A DNA stretch of 61,715 nt from a virus (taxonomy: Duplodnaviria; Caudoviricetes): the IMG/VR virus record IMGVR_UViG_3300032331_002501, positions 1-61,715 of that record; one strand, written 5' to 3'. The position numbers and the translations under genes are program-made. Every line of letters starts with the position of its first letter. Within the stretch, counting starts at the first letter, position 1. The notes below the pieces were generated by a model, which worked only from the letters and a program-made list of their open reading frames with translations, ran no database searches and had not been told where the DNA came from. Positions 48,684-57,901 of the stretch are shown here, piece after piece.

Positions 48684-50870
48684 TTATATTTCATACCAAT
48701 CAGTGCTTGGTCTAAATTTCATTGTCCACCAATTAGCGTCTGTTGTGCTTTTGTAATATACATGACCTAATACCCTTACTACTCCTGTGGTTGGGACTGT
48801 TGTGGTCATTACTCCATTAGTACTACCAAGATATACTGGTAGTCCATAGCCTGCTCCTATTACATAAGCTCCTTGACTGTTATCATCACTTACTCCTATA
48901 TCACCTTCTATTAATACATACCCAGCTGTATCCACACATATACCTAACATTTTAGTAGCAGGAGGAGATAGATTTTTTAATGGATACCAAATACCGTCTG
49001 TATCTAAGTATACCACATTATAAAGAGCAGCACTTGATGTTACATCTGCCTGGATTACTTGTCCACCGTATGCTGGTGTATCTGCTAAAGATCTTTGAAC
49101 TTGTCTAGGAATAACATTATTATAGTATAGTTGACTACTTACAGACGCAGAGTTAGAATAATTAAGAGCTTCGAATGTGTTACTTGTTTCATAAAGCACT
49201 CTGTTTGTCCAATCTATACTAGCGCCTGCCTCGTCATATAAAAATTTGTTTTCCCAATCAACAACATTAATTCCAGCTGTAGTGTTAAGATAACCATTAA
49301 TCCAATCTACCTTTGAGATAGAACCTGAGTTAGATAATACTCCATTGATTGTATCTATTCCTCCTGTAGATCCAGATACTACTAATGACCCGGTAATTTT
49401 AGCTGCTCCTACATACGGGAAAGCTGATCCACCTCCTGGGGCCCAGGAAGCAGATGTAGCCCAACTAGATGTGCCTAATAAACTCCCAGTAAATGATCCT
49501 GTGAATGAAGATCCGGTTATAGCAGAAGAAGATATATTAGTAATAAATAATCTATTAGTAGATGGGTTAAAGTTAATTACACTTGAGTCTGAGTATAGGT
49601 TTGCATTTCCAAAAGCTGTACTAGCAAACGGTACAGGGTAAAAAATATTAGAAGTAGTATCAGGATTAACACTTACTGCATTAGAATAATTAGCTGCAAC
49701 TACATTATTAGCCCAGCTTGCAGTACCAAATAAACTTCCTGTTACAGCTGTAGGAGATCCTGCAGTACCAATAATACCTACAGTTAATGTGTCTACAATA
49801 GGATTATAAGTGAAATTATTGAGTTCAGCATATGCAATTTGAGATCCAGTAGAAGTAACAAATAGAATTTCATATGCTCCTGGAGAGGTGCTTAGATCTG
49901 TTACTTCTATTCTTTGGGCTATACTTGCAGTAGATGCGTAAGAAGCTGATGTAGCATTGGTTATACTTCCTGAAAAATAAGATGCAGTAGCTGCTATACT
50001 TGCACTAAGAGCATATGAAGCAGATGTTGCATTAGTTATGCTCCCTGAAAAATAGGATGCAGTTGATGCAAAAGATGCACTAATAGCATTTAATATATAA
50101 GATGCAGTTATAGCTTGAGATGAACTTACTGCCCAACTTGAAGTACCAAATAAACTTCCTGTAAATGATCCTGTAAATGAGGATCCAGTTATAGTAGAGG
50201 AAGATATACTGGTGATAAATAGTCTATTAGTAGATGGGTTAAAATTAAATACAGTTGAATCATATTTTACATCAACTGCTACACCAGCGACCTTAGCAAA
50301 TAAAACTTCAAGAAAATCATTAGTAGTAGTATCAGAAGCAACACTTATCCTATTAGCGGTAGTAGCAGTATCTGCTCTAGAAGCTGAGATTGCTCTAGAA
50401 GATGTTGTAAATAAAGTGCCATTAGCTGGGTTATAGTATAGACTAGATGAGTCTGTAAGAAGTTGTGAAGGATCAGTATTAACTCTTACAAATGTTACTG
50501 GGAATCCACCTGCTTCTGTTGTATTTGTTACTGAAGAAGATAAGGCAACAGATGCTGTAAGAGCAAAGGTAGCATTACTTATACTTCCTGAAAAGTATGA
50601 GGCTGTAGATGCAAAGGATGCGCTTCTAGCATTATTAGCCCAACTAGCTGTAGCAACAAAAGATGCTGTAAGAGCAAAAGATGCAGTTTCAGCATATGAA
50701 GCAGATGTAGCATTGGTTATACTCCCTGAGAAGTAAGATGCAGTTTCAGCATATGAAGCAGATGTAGCATTACTTATACTCCCTGAAAAATATGAGGCGG
50801 TAAGGGCTAAGGATGCTGTGTTTGCTTTTAAAGCAACTAATGCTATATCAGATTTAGTAGTAATTCCCAT
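48684..50870 (-). CDS. Fibre protein with ASYA/ASFA stalk repeats
   Basis: Many SASYAxTASYFSGSITNAT units, a duplicated NFNPSTNRLFIT...TGSFTGSL block and VDW repeats. Confidence 0.75.
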   Translation of the reverse strand: MGITTKSDIALVALKANTASLALTASYFSGSISNATSASYAETASYFSGSITNATSASYAETASFALTASFVATASWANNARSASFASTASYFSGSISNATFALTASVALSSSVTNTTEAGGFPVTFVRVNTDPSQLLTDSSSLYYNPANGTLFTTSSRAISASRADTATTANRISVASDTTTNDFLEVLFAKVAGVAVDVKYDSTVFNFNPSTNRLFITSISSSTITGSSFTGSFTGSLFGTSSWAVSSSQAITASYILNAISASFASTASYFSGSITNATSASYALSASIAATASYFSGSITNATSASYASTASIAQRIEVTDLSTSPGAYEILFVTSTGSQIAYAELNNFTYNPIVDTLTVGIIGTAGSPTAVTGSLFGTASWANNVVAANYSNAVSVNPDTTSNIFYPVPFASTAFGNANLYSDSSVINFNPSTNRLFITNISSSAITGSSFTGSFTGSLLGTSSWATSASWAPGGGSAFPYVGAAKITGSLVVSGSTGGIDTINGVLSNSGSISKVDWINGYLNTTAGINVVDWENKFLYDEAGASIDWTNRVLYETSNTFEALNYSNSASVSSQLYYNNVIPRQVQRSLADTPAYGGQVIQADVTSSAALYNVVYLDTDGIWYPLKNLSPPATKMLGICVDTAGYVLIEGDIGVSDDNSQGAYVIGAGYGLPVYLGSTNGVMTTTVPTTGVVRVLGHVYYKSTTDANWWTMKFRPSTDWYEI

Positions 50871-50894
50871 TAGATTGATTATCTATTATAAATA

Positions 50895-51581
50895 TCAATC
50901 TCTATATTCTTGATAAAGTTTAAGAATTGGTTCAACTATTTCGTGGCGATGATTAGTTTTTAATGTTATTACTTTTACTCCTTTAATTTCAGCTTCTAAA
51001 CGAGTAAAAAATCCAATACCACTATCTTTCTTTTGTTTTAAATCGGTTTGAGTTATATCACCACAAAATACAATTTTACCACCTTTACCTAAACGACCTA
51101 ACATCATTTCAGTTTGACCGTGTGTAATATTTTGACATTCATCTACAATTACAAAACAGTTAGGGAATGTTCTTCCTCGCATAAACGCGAAAGGTACAAT
51201 TTCAATTTGACCTTCAGCAACCATTTTATCTATTTTATCTTTATCGTAAAGTAAATGTAAATTAGCATATATTGGAGCTAACCAAGGATCCATTTTTTCT
51301 TTTAGATCACCTGGTAGGAATCCAATATCTTCTTTTGCTACTGTAGGTCGTGTGATTACAATTTTTTCAACTTCTCTTTTAAAAACCATGTCTAAAGCTA
51401 TTTGACATGCTACTAATGTTTTACCAGATCCTGCCATTCCCTTTATTAAGGTAACTGGGTTTTCTAGGATTAGTTGTTTTGCTTCTTTTTGTTCACTATT
51501 AAGTTCTATTTTGAATTTAATGGGGTTTTTAGGTTTTCTTTTATTTTGAAATACCTCATCATTGTAATCATTTGAAGCCAT
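50895..51581 (-). CDS. phoH: PhoH-family ATPase
   Basis: GMAGSGKT, TRP, GFLPGDL.EK, FMRGRT, DECQN, GD..Q.DL, RH. Confidence 0.96.
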   Translation of the reverse strand: MASNDYNDEVFQNKRKPKNPIKFKIELNSEQKEAKQLILENPVTLIKGMAGSGKTLVACQIALDMVFKREVEKIVITRPTVAKEDIGFLPGDLKEKMDPWLAPIYANLHLLYDKDKIDKMVAEGQIEIVPFAFMRGRTFPNCFVIVDECQNITHGQTEMMLGRLGKGGKIVFCGDITQTDLKQKKDSGIGFFTRLEAEIKGVKVITLKTNHRHEIVEPILKLYQEYRD

Positions 51582-51582
51582 A

Positions 51583-52305
51583 TTATTTATATATTAGTTT
51601 AATTAATTTATCTACTCCTGCTTCCACGTGTGTGGTATCAGAATGAATAAGCTCGAAGTTATAGCGCTTATCTAACGGTAATACCAAATCTACTTGGCTA
51701 CCCCAGCGTATTAAACTAAATCTATCGTTTTGAGATACTAATGAGTTTTGATCATGTATAAAATGAGCAATAACATCAACATCTTCATCTGCAATTTGAA
51801 TTAGATAATAAGTATAATCTAGTCGAGGAGAGTATATTTTATTAAACATACGTTCATTATTTTTTAAATAATCAATCATATGTTTAGGATTAATAGCAGC
51901 ATTTAAAATATCTTTTTCCAGCGCTAACATTGGTTTATTCATCGATTCTATTGAATCCAACGGCTTCCATGTAATGTGACCTCCATACGGTATACGATTT
52001 ATATGAACGTCATAAAACGACATAAATATGCCTACTACTAAAGATGGTTGATCATAATCTTTATCACCCATAACATCTTTTAAAGTATATTTTTTACCTT
52101 TAACTTCAACTACAGGTGCATTAGGATCTTCTATATATTTTTGATATAAGATAGTACCATCAGCTGGTGAGTAAAAATGTTCATTATCTATATAATTAGG
52201 GCGCATTGGGTCTCTAAAAAAGAATACACTTCCTAATTCATCTACAGGTAATTTTTCTAGTTCGGCTACATCAGTATCCAACCATTCTTCCATTGACTTT
52301 GCCAT
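51583..52305 (-). CDS. Phosphatidylserine-decarboxylase-family pyruvoyl enzyme, no membrane anchor
   Basis: FFRDP, SPADG, IFMS.YDVHINR.P and a WGS self-cleavage site. Confidence 0.85.
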   Translation of the reverse strand: MAKSMEEWLDTDVAELEKLPVDELGSVFFFRDPMRPNYIDNEHFYSPADGTILYQKYIEDPNAPVVEVKGKKYTLKDVMGDKDYDQPSLVVGIFMSFYDVHINRIPYGGHITWKPLDSIESMNKPMLALEKDILNAAINPKHMIDYLKNNERMFNKIYSPRLDYTYYLIQIADEDVDVIAHFIHDQNSLVSQNDRFSLIRWGSQVDLVLPLDKRYNFELIHSDTTHVEAGVDKLIKLIYK

Positions 52306-52311
52306 AAATTA

Positions 52312-53223
52312 TCAGATTAAAGTTTTAGTATAATCAACATAATTTAAATGCATAAACATGCAGCTTAATAAAGCACCTGATTTCATATATTCTGAGATGT
52401 TGAAGATGATAGGTTCCATACCTTCTTTAGCACAGATGCTTTCTAGTGTGTTAATTTTATGACGTTCTAAATCATATAATTCATCTGTTTTCTTTAATTC
52501 ACTAATATTAGAAGCGCATAAAATTGCATTACCTAAACGAACAGAATTAGTAATACCACCAAATGCATCATCTTCGTTTATATCAATAATATCTGTGTAT
52601 TTTGATAATACATCTAATTCTTCAGCAGAGTATAAAGATGTGCAAACCATTGTTTTATCTTTAGATACAGGGAATATTGAGCAATCTAAATGATATAAAT
52701 ACTCTTCTACCATTTCAAGTGGGATAATATTCATATTAAAGTTTTCACCCATCCACTCATATGTTTCTTTTTGAGAACGGATACCATATCCTCCAATATA
52801 AGTGTTACCGTAAAGATACTTTAAATCGGCTTCACCTTCCCATTTGTGTGGGCTAATGTGAGTTTTATATCCCATCATATCAAAGAATTTTTTACCAACA
52901 TGCTCTTCACCTTGTCTAGGTTCTGAAGTGTAGTTAGATAAAAGGATTGTGTTTTCTTTAATGTGGGGTAAGTATATGCCTAAATTAGCTACATATACTT
53001 GGTCTTGGAAATTACCTTCAGATGGTAATAGGTAACATAATCCTGATCCTGCTACAAAATTGTAAACATCTAAAAATTGACGATATGCTTTATTTCGATC
53101 AACTTTTATTTCTTCAGGGCTTAATTCTTTCATCCATATGTTATTTGGATTTGAAGTATCCAAAGTAAATGGAAAGTTCATTACATAACTAGGAATTGAA
53201 AGTTGAGATGGAGTTTCTTTCAT
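52312..53223 (-). CDS. Pentein-superfamily guanidino-modifying enzyme (amidinotransferase / Arg dihydrolase / DDAH-like)
   Basis: DQVYVAN, R.GE, WEGEAD, GYGIRS, YHLDC, and SEYMKSGALLSC with the catalytic Cys. Confidence 0.85.
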   Translation of the reverse strand: MKETPSQLSIPSYVMNFPFTLDTSNPNNIWMKELSPEEIKVDRNKAYRQFLDVYNFVAGSGLCYLLPSEGNFQDQVYVANLGIYLPHIKENTILLSNYTSEPRQGEEHVGKKFFDMMGYKTHISPHKWEGEADLKYLYGNTYIGGYGIRSQKETYEWMGENFNMNIIPLEMVEEYLYHLDCSIFPVSKDKTMVCTSLYSAEELDVLSKYTDIIDINEDDAFGGITNSVRLGNAILCASNISELKKTDELYDLERHKINTLESICAKEGMEPIIFNISEYMKSGALLSCMFMHLNYVDYTKTLI

Positions 53224-53295
53224 TTTATATAGATTTTATTTTACTATAAATATAAGTAAGACCTAGTAAACATAAAAGCTAGTATAAGGAAAAAT

Positions 53296-53320
53296 AAAAA
53301 AGGCCGGAATAAATCCGGCC
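53296..53320 (-). terminator. Intrinsic terminator after the major capsid gene
   Basis: GGCCGGA-TTTAT-TCCGGCC followed by TTTTTT. Confidence 0.85.
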
Positions 53321-53343
53321 CTTTTAATTATTGAGGTATACTA

Positions 53344-55008
53344 TTAAAGAGTATTTAAACCATTTACATAGATCTTACCATAGAATTCAGGACGTAACAT
53401 CTTCTTAGCGAAGCGAGTCATTAAACCTTTACGTGGTGTGAAGGTATCTGGGTCGTACACTAGAGGAGTCATGATCAACGGAATGTATGGAGCGAACACA
53501 GCACCTGCTTCTAAGAACTGAGTACCACGGAAACCAACTAAGATAGTGTTTTCAGTCATATATGGGTTCTTGTAAACATTGTACTTGCTGTTTAAGTTAC
53601 CAGCTTTTTGTACTCCGAATGCATATTGCATTTTAGAAGCAGTACCATCAGAATTTGAAGCGAATCCAGGGATTGATTCAATGATAGTAGATACTGTTGG
53701 AGAACATACTAAGAAGTTAGCACCACCACGAAGAGTCAATTGGTGAATCTTGTTACTTAATTTTTGTAATTTAGTACCAAGAGTTTGGAACCACTGACCT
53801 TGAGTGTTGTAGAAACCTAAGTTAGCAGTTGGTAATGAAGTAGCTGTAAGAGTAGTGTTATTAATAGCACTCCAATATTCAACGTTAGTTGCAGGAACGT
53901 CTGCAATCAACATATCAAGGATTTCTAAATCGATCTCTAATGAGATATACTCAGACATAATGCTAGTTAATTCAGCTTCAGCATCTAAAGCTTGGTAAGC
54001 ATTTAAGTCTTGAGCGAATTCAGGTGTCCAAACTGCCTTTAACTTTTTAGTCTTAGCAACAATAGCCTCAGAACGCATTTTAACGTTAACTTCTGGGATT
54101 ACAATTGTAGAAGTACTAGCAGAGTTAGGAACAGCGAATGAACTTCCATCTTCAAAATCACCTACATTGTATCCTGGGGTACCTCCTAGAGCAGTAGCTT
54201 TAGTATAGATTACAGTACAGTTTACAGCAGCAGCAGTACCATTGGTTTGAGCTGTTGAAGATGAGAAGAAGAAGTTAACAACTGTATTGTTAGCAGTTGT
54301 AGTTGTAAACGCAGGTAACAAGTTACTTACTGTTTGAGTTGAACCAGAAGTAAATATAAATCCACGAACTGCTTCAACATCGTAACTTGGAATTAAAGAT
54401 GAAGAGAAAGAGAATTTTTTAACCTCACCTGCAACTGCAGAAGCAGACAAGTCAGAATCATAATTCACCTCAGCCCAAGAACCTGTAGCGATTGTTACAC
54501 CAGAAGCTATTAAGGAAGATGTTTGGTTAGTAGAGTAAGTGAAACGACCAGCACCATATAAACCACCTACAGGAGATGGATTAGCGAATGGGTATTGGCT
54601 TCCTGTGTTACCATACATAGAGTTGTTTACGTTGAATGGGTTCTTTGCGTTACCATATTGAAAATCCAAATAGAATACAAGACCTGAAGGGAAGTTCATT
54701 GGTTGTACGCTAACGAATTCTTTAGCAGCAATTTGTCCGAATACCTTACGAACTAATGGTAAAGCGATTCCAGCCCACTGCTCACCAGTACCAGCTGTAA
54801 ATGCACCTGTTCCACCAGTTGCAGAAGATTCAACTACTAATTGCTTTGCTTGATTCTCAAGCATAAGAGACATGTTATTCTTGTCGGTTTCTTCTAAACC
54901 TTCCAAAAGCCCTGTCTTGGCCCATTTGTTTGCTAATCTAGCGGCGTCGTTTTGTAAATTTTTCCAGCCACCCGCAGCAGACTCTAATAAATTTTGAACT
55001 GTGCTCAT
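53344..55008 (-). CDS. Major capsid protein (T4 gp23-like)
   Basis: LENQ, LPLVR, VQPM..PSGLVF, KLKA.WT.E.AQDL, EI..EI, YIPL, FTPRKG.MTR. Confidence 0.96.
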   Translation of the reverse strand: MSTVQNLLESAAGGWKNLQNDAARLANKWAKTGLLEGLEETDKNNMSLMLENQAKQLVVESSATGGTGAFTAGTGEQWAGIALPLVRKVFGQIAAKEFVSVQPMNFPSGLVFYLDFQYGNAKNPFNVNNSMYGNTGSQYPFANPSPVGGLYGAGRFTYSTNQTSSLIASGVTIATGSWAEVNYDSDLSASAVAGEVKKFSFSSSLIPSYDVEAVRGFIFTSGSTQTVSNLLPAFTTTTANNTVVNFFFSSSTAQTNGTAAAVNCTVIYTKATALGGTPGYNVGDFEDGSSFAVPNSASTSTIVIPEVNVKMRSEAIVAKTKKLKAVWTPEFAQDLNAYQALDAEAELTSIMSEYISLEIDLEILDMLIADVPATNVEYWSAINNTTLTATSLPTANLGFYNTQGQWFQTLGTKLQKLSNKIHQLTLRGGANFLVCSPTVSTIIESIPGFASNSDGTASKMQYAFGVQKAGNLNSKYNVYKNPYMTENTILVGFRGTQFLEAGAVFAPYIPLIMTPLVYDPDTFTPRKGLMTRFAKKMLRPEFYGKIYVNGLNTL

Positions 55009-55045
55009 TTTATTTATTTGATTTTTGGGTTGTTAATTATTAATT

Positions 55046-56497
55046 TTAAATTATACCGGCTAACTTTTTAAATCTGTCAACCATCATATTTGATTCAACA
55101 ATAGGACTCTTAGTTGAAGTTCCCATTGCTTTTGAAGCAAATCCTAATGACTCATTAACAGAAGACTTAGTAGTTTTTAAGTTTTCTAATAATGTTTCAT
55201 ATACTAATTTAGCTTCTTTAACACTGTTTGCCTTGTCAAAAGCCGTTAAAACTTTAACCTTTTGAGTTTCATTTAGAGAACGATTTTTGAAGATCTTGTT
55301 AGTGTAAAGTAACTTAGCGTTTAGAACATTAACTTCGTTAAGTTCACTTCTTAAAGTATTGATAGCTGAGTAAGCTTCATCAAGTTCTTTTTTAAGTTGT
55401 TTAGTCTCTCCAAAAGAACCTTTAGACATTCCTCCTCTAACAGCTCCACCAGCACCTGTTCCTAGCTTTTGAGCTAAAGATCTAGTGTCTCCTGGGGTAA
55501 CATTAGTAATAAGATCGTTAAGTTCTTTTTTAACTACGTTTTTAAAGTCTGCAGGGTCTACATTAAATTTCTTTACTGCACCCGCTGCCCATGAATCGTA
55601 AGCTTTAAGTAACTTATCTTGAATAGTTTTTAGAGCTTCTGGGTTTTCTTCTGCATCTTTCTCAGCTGTTTTTAATGCTGCTAAATCTGCTTTGTAAGTA
55701 GTTTTAAAATCATTGACAGCTTTTTGTGCAGCGCCACCTAAAAATTCTCCAACTTTTTTACCAAGACCACCTAATATCTCATCAACTTCTTCTTTGTCGT
55801 TAAGTTTTTTAATTTCAGCAAGAAGTTCTTCAAGTGAATACTCATCAATAGGTTTTGATTCTTCTTCACTATCTTCAGTTCCTTCAGATTCACCAGGAGC
55901 TAAATCACCAGCAGAAACCATGTCTTTGATAACATCTTCAATAAATGATTTTAAATCATCTTCATCCATGTCTTCAATGTTCATATCTTCTTCTGATTCT
56001 TCACCACCTTCTTCTTCTTCAGTTTCTTCTTCTTCTTCTTCTTCAGTTTCTTCTTCTTCTTCTTCAGCTTCGTTTAAAAAGTCACTGTCAATGTCTTGCT
56101 CATCATCTTGAAATTCTTCTTCAGACTCTAATTCAGCTAAAAGTTCTTCTAAATCAATTTCATCGATTTCTTCTTCTTCTTCATAAAGTTCATCCATTTC
56201 GTCTGTTTCTTCCATTTCATCAAGCTCATCCATTTCGTCTGTTTCTTCCATTTCATCTAGATCAGATACATACTTTTTGTCTTTCTTTGATGGAGAAGGG
56301 TTGTAGTTTTTATACTCGTCCATTTCATTCATGTTTTCATCTTCTTCTTCCATTTCTGAAAGGCGTTGAGATAACATTGATTTAATTTGTGGAGTAAATG
56401 CTTCTTCAAGTGCAGCTTTAGCATTTGCAATGGCAGTTTCTTTAACAGCTTTAGCATCAGCGATAGCCTCTTTGAGTAAATCTCTGTTGTTTTTCAT
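55046..56497 (-). CDS. Prohead scaffolding / core protein
   Basis: Very acidic coiled-coil protein directly upstream of the MCP, with many LxE sites and C-terminal RFKKLAGII. Confidence 0.8.
   Translation of the reverse strand: MKNNRDLLKEAIADAKAVKETAIANAKAALEEAFTPQIKSMLSQRLSEMEEEDENMNEMDEYKNYNPSPSKKDKKYVSDLDEMEETDEMDELDEMEETDEMDELYEEEEEIDEIDLEELLAELESEEEFQDDEQDIDSDFLNEAEEEEEETEEEEEEETEEEEGGEESEEDMNIEDMDEDDLKSFIEDVIKDMVSAGDLAPGESEGTEDSEEESKPIDEYSLEELLAEIKKLNDKEEVDEILGGLGKKVGEFLGGAAQKAVNDFKTTYKADLAALKTAEKDAEENPEALKTIQDKLLKAYDSWAAGAVKKFNVDPADFKNVVKKELNDLITNVTPGDTRSLAQKLGTGAGGAVRGGMSKGSFGETKQLKKELDEAYSAINTLRSELNEVNVLNAKLLYTNKIFKNRSLNETQKVKVLTAFDKANSVKEAKLVYETLLENLKTTKSSVNESLGFASKAMGTSTKSPIVESNMMVDRFKKLAGII
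56190..56257. repeat. Tandem duplication with 36-bp period inside the scaffold gene
   Basis: TCATCCATTTCGTCTGTTTCTTCCATTTCATC at 56190 and 56226, encoding LDEMEETDEMDE twice. Confidence 0.85.
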
Positions 56498-56525
56498 TTG
56501 TCCTTAAATTTTAATTTTTTGGAAA

Positions 56526-56609
56526 TACGTTTATTAGATAGGAAACGTAATAGGGATTTTAACTAATAGTGATGCCATATAAGAGAGATGGCATATTCTA
56601 ATATACATA
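56526..56609 (-). promoter_or_regulatory. Late promoter variant plus structured 5' leader of the scaffold-capsid transcript
   Basis: TATGTATA at 56602-56609, then hairpins ATGCCAT/ATGGCAT (56572-56594) and TACGTTT/AAACGTA (56526-56549). Confidence 0.55.
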
Positions 56610-56634
56610 TATGAAGATTCTTTAAAGTCGCGCA

Positions 56635-56689
56635 GAAAGAGAAATGCCTCGCTATTGCGAGGCATCAATCCTAAAATGCTATTTTAGGA
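56635..56689 (-). terminator. Tandem hairpins / terminator
   Basis: TCCTAAAAT-AGC-ATTTTAGGA, then ATGCCTCGC-AATA-GCGAGGCAT followed by TTCTCTTTCT. Confidence 0.75.
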
Positions 56690-56693
56690 GGGG

Positions 56694-57287
56694 TTAAGAT
56701 TCCATTTCAGCACTTCTACGAACTCTGCTTATAAGTTTTGTAGCAAGTGATGAATTATTTTTCTTTAGTTCTTTATATTTTTTATCTTTAGCTAACGCTT
56801 CAACTCCTTTAGCACTATATTTTTTTTCTAAAGCATCAAAAATCTCTTTTTCTTCAGTTTTAGTTAATTCTTTTTCAACTTCTTCTCTAATAAATTGTCT
56901 TAATTTTGATATTTTAGATTCAGAAAAAGTATCTTCTTCATCATCAAATAAATCTGCATCTCCTATTTCACTATTATAATTAAATGCATCATCAGTATAT
57001 GCGTTTGGATTAGAGGTTCCAGAAGTTCCAATAGTACTAACATACTCTTCTACACCTTGTTGTATATCTCCTCGTAGTGCTGAGAAGGGGGTGTTAACTA
57101 CATCGTCTATATCTTCTGCTCCGTCAAGATAACCTAAAGCAATATCTTCTTTTTCTTCGTATGTTAGATCATTATCCCATACTGATGCTGCAGAAGGGGT
57201 GTTCATTTCGTTTAATTGAGATTCAGTAATAATTCCTGCAAGTTTTTGCATTTTGCGGAAATCTTCAGATAAAATTTGGTTTTTCAT
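56694..57287 (-). CDS. Candidate internal head protein (start revised to MKNQILSE)
   Basis: Contains both FRKMQKLAGIITE and KLRQFIREEV motifs; lies between protease and scaffold. Confidence 0.65.
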   Translation of the reverse strand: MKNQILSEDFRKMQKLAGIITESQLNEMNTPSAASVWDNDLTYEEKEDIALGYLDGAEDIDDVVNTPFSALRGDIQQGVEEYVSTIGTSGTSNPNAYTDDAFNYNSEIGDADLFDDEEDTFSESKISKLRQFIREEVEKELTKTEEKEIFDALEKKYSAKGVEALAKDKKYKELKKNNSSLATKLISRVRRSAEMES

Positions 57288-57291
57288 AGTG

Positions 57292-57900
57292 TTAGAATAT
57301 TGGGCATGATCCATTAGCACATAGTATGTCTGTGATAATAGAGTTTATTTTTAAATATGGGTTATTATTTTGTTGGTTTTCATTTAAGTTTCCGACAACA
57401 TGCATGTATGAGCCAGGGTTTGATGGGGTTGAGACAAAATCCCAACATAAAAGTTCAAAATCATTTTGTACTTCTAAAGTTTCACCTATTTGTTTTAGTG
57501 AACCCATTCCACGAGAAGATACTCCTACTGTGATGTTATTAGATAATAATGACGCTAATATATTTCCTGAAGGTGTAGGTAGGATTTCGATTGCGCCCAT
57601 TACTTTATCACCATCCCACCATATTTTTTTAATATTATGAGATACATTTTTTAGGTTAATGATAGAAGAATCAGGGTGATCAAGTTCACCTAAAGCACGA
57701 TTATCTTTAATACATTTTTGGTAGTTACCAATTTCTCTTTCCCAAAGTTCTTTTTTATAATATCGACCATTACCATTTTTTACTTCAGCTGTAGCTAATA
57801 TTCCTTCTACTAAAAGATTTCTTTCATTAGGAGATTTTCCCTCGTTTATGTTAACGGGTTTAAAACTAAAAGCAGAAGTTTCAATAAGTACTTGTTTCAT
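57292..57900 (-). CDS. Prohead protease (T4 gp21-like)
   Basis: NGNGRYY, ALGELDHP, NVSH, TPSG, GVSSRGMGS, DFVSTPS. Confidence 0.95.
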   Translation of the reverse strand: MKQVLIETSAFSFKPVNINEGKSPNERNLLVEGILATAEVKNGNGRYYKKELWEREIGNYQKCIKDNRALGELDHPDSSIINLKNVSHNIKKIWWDGDKVMGAIEILPTPSGNILASLLSNNITVGVSSRGMGSLKQIGETLEVQNDFELLCWDFVSTPSNPGSYMHVVGNLNENQQNNNPYLKINSIITDILCANGSCPIF

Positions 57901-57901
57901 A

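Noticed and set aside
55990-56185. (TTC)n microsatellite-like runs
   Set aside because: They encode the poly-Glu tracts of the scaffold.
56498-56693. tRNA in the structured intergenic gap
   Set aside because: No cloverleaf, T-loop GTTC or acceptor stem; only independent hairpins.
1309-57640. Other plus-strand and nested ORFs in the track (e.g. 1309, 2074, 17619, 18789, 21382, 48132, 55713, 55945, 57326)
   Set aside because: All lie within well-supported minus-strand genes and have low-complexity antisense composition.
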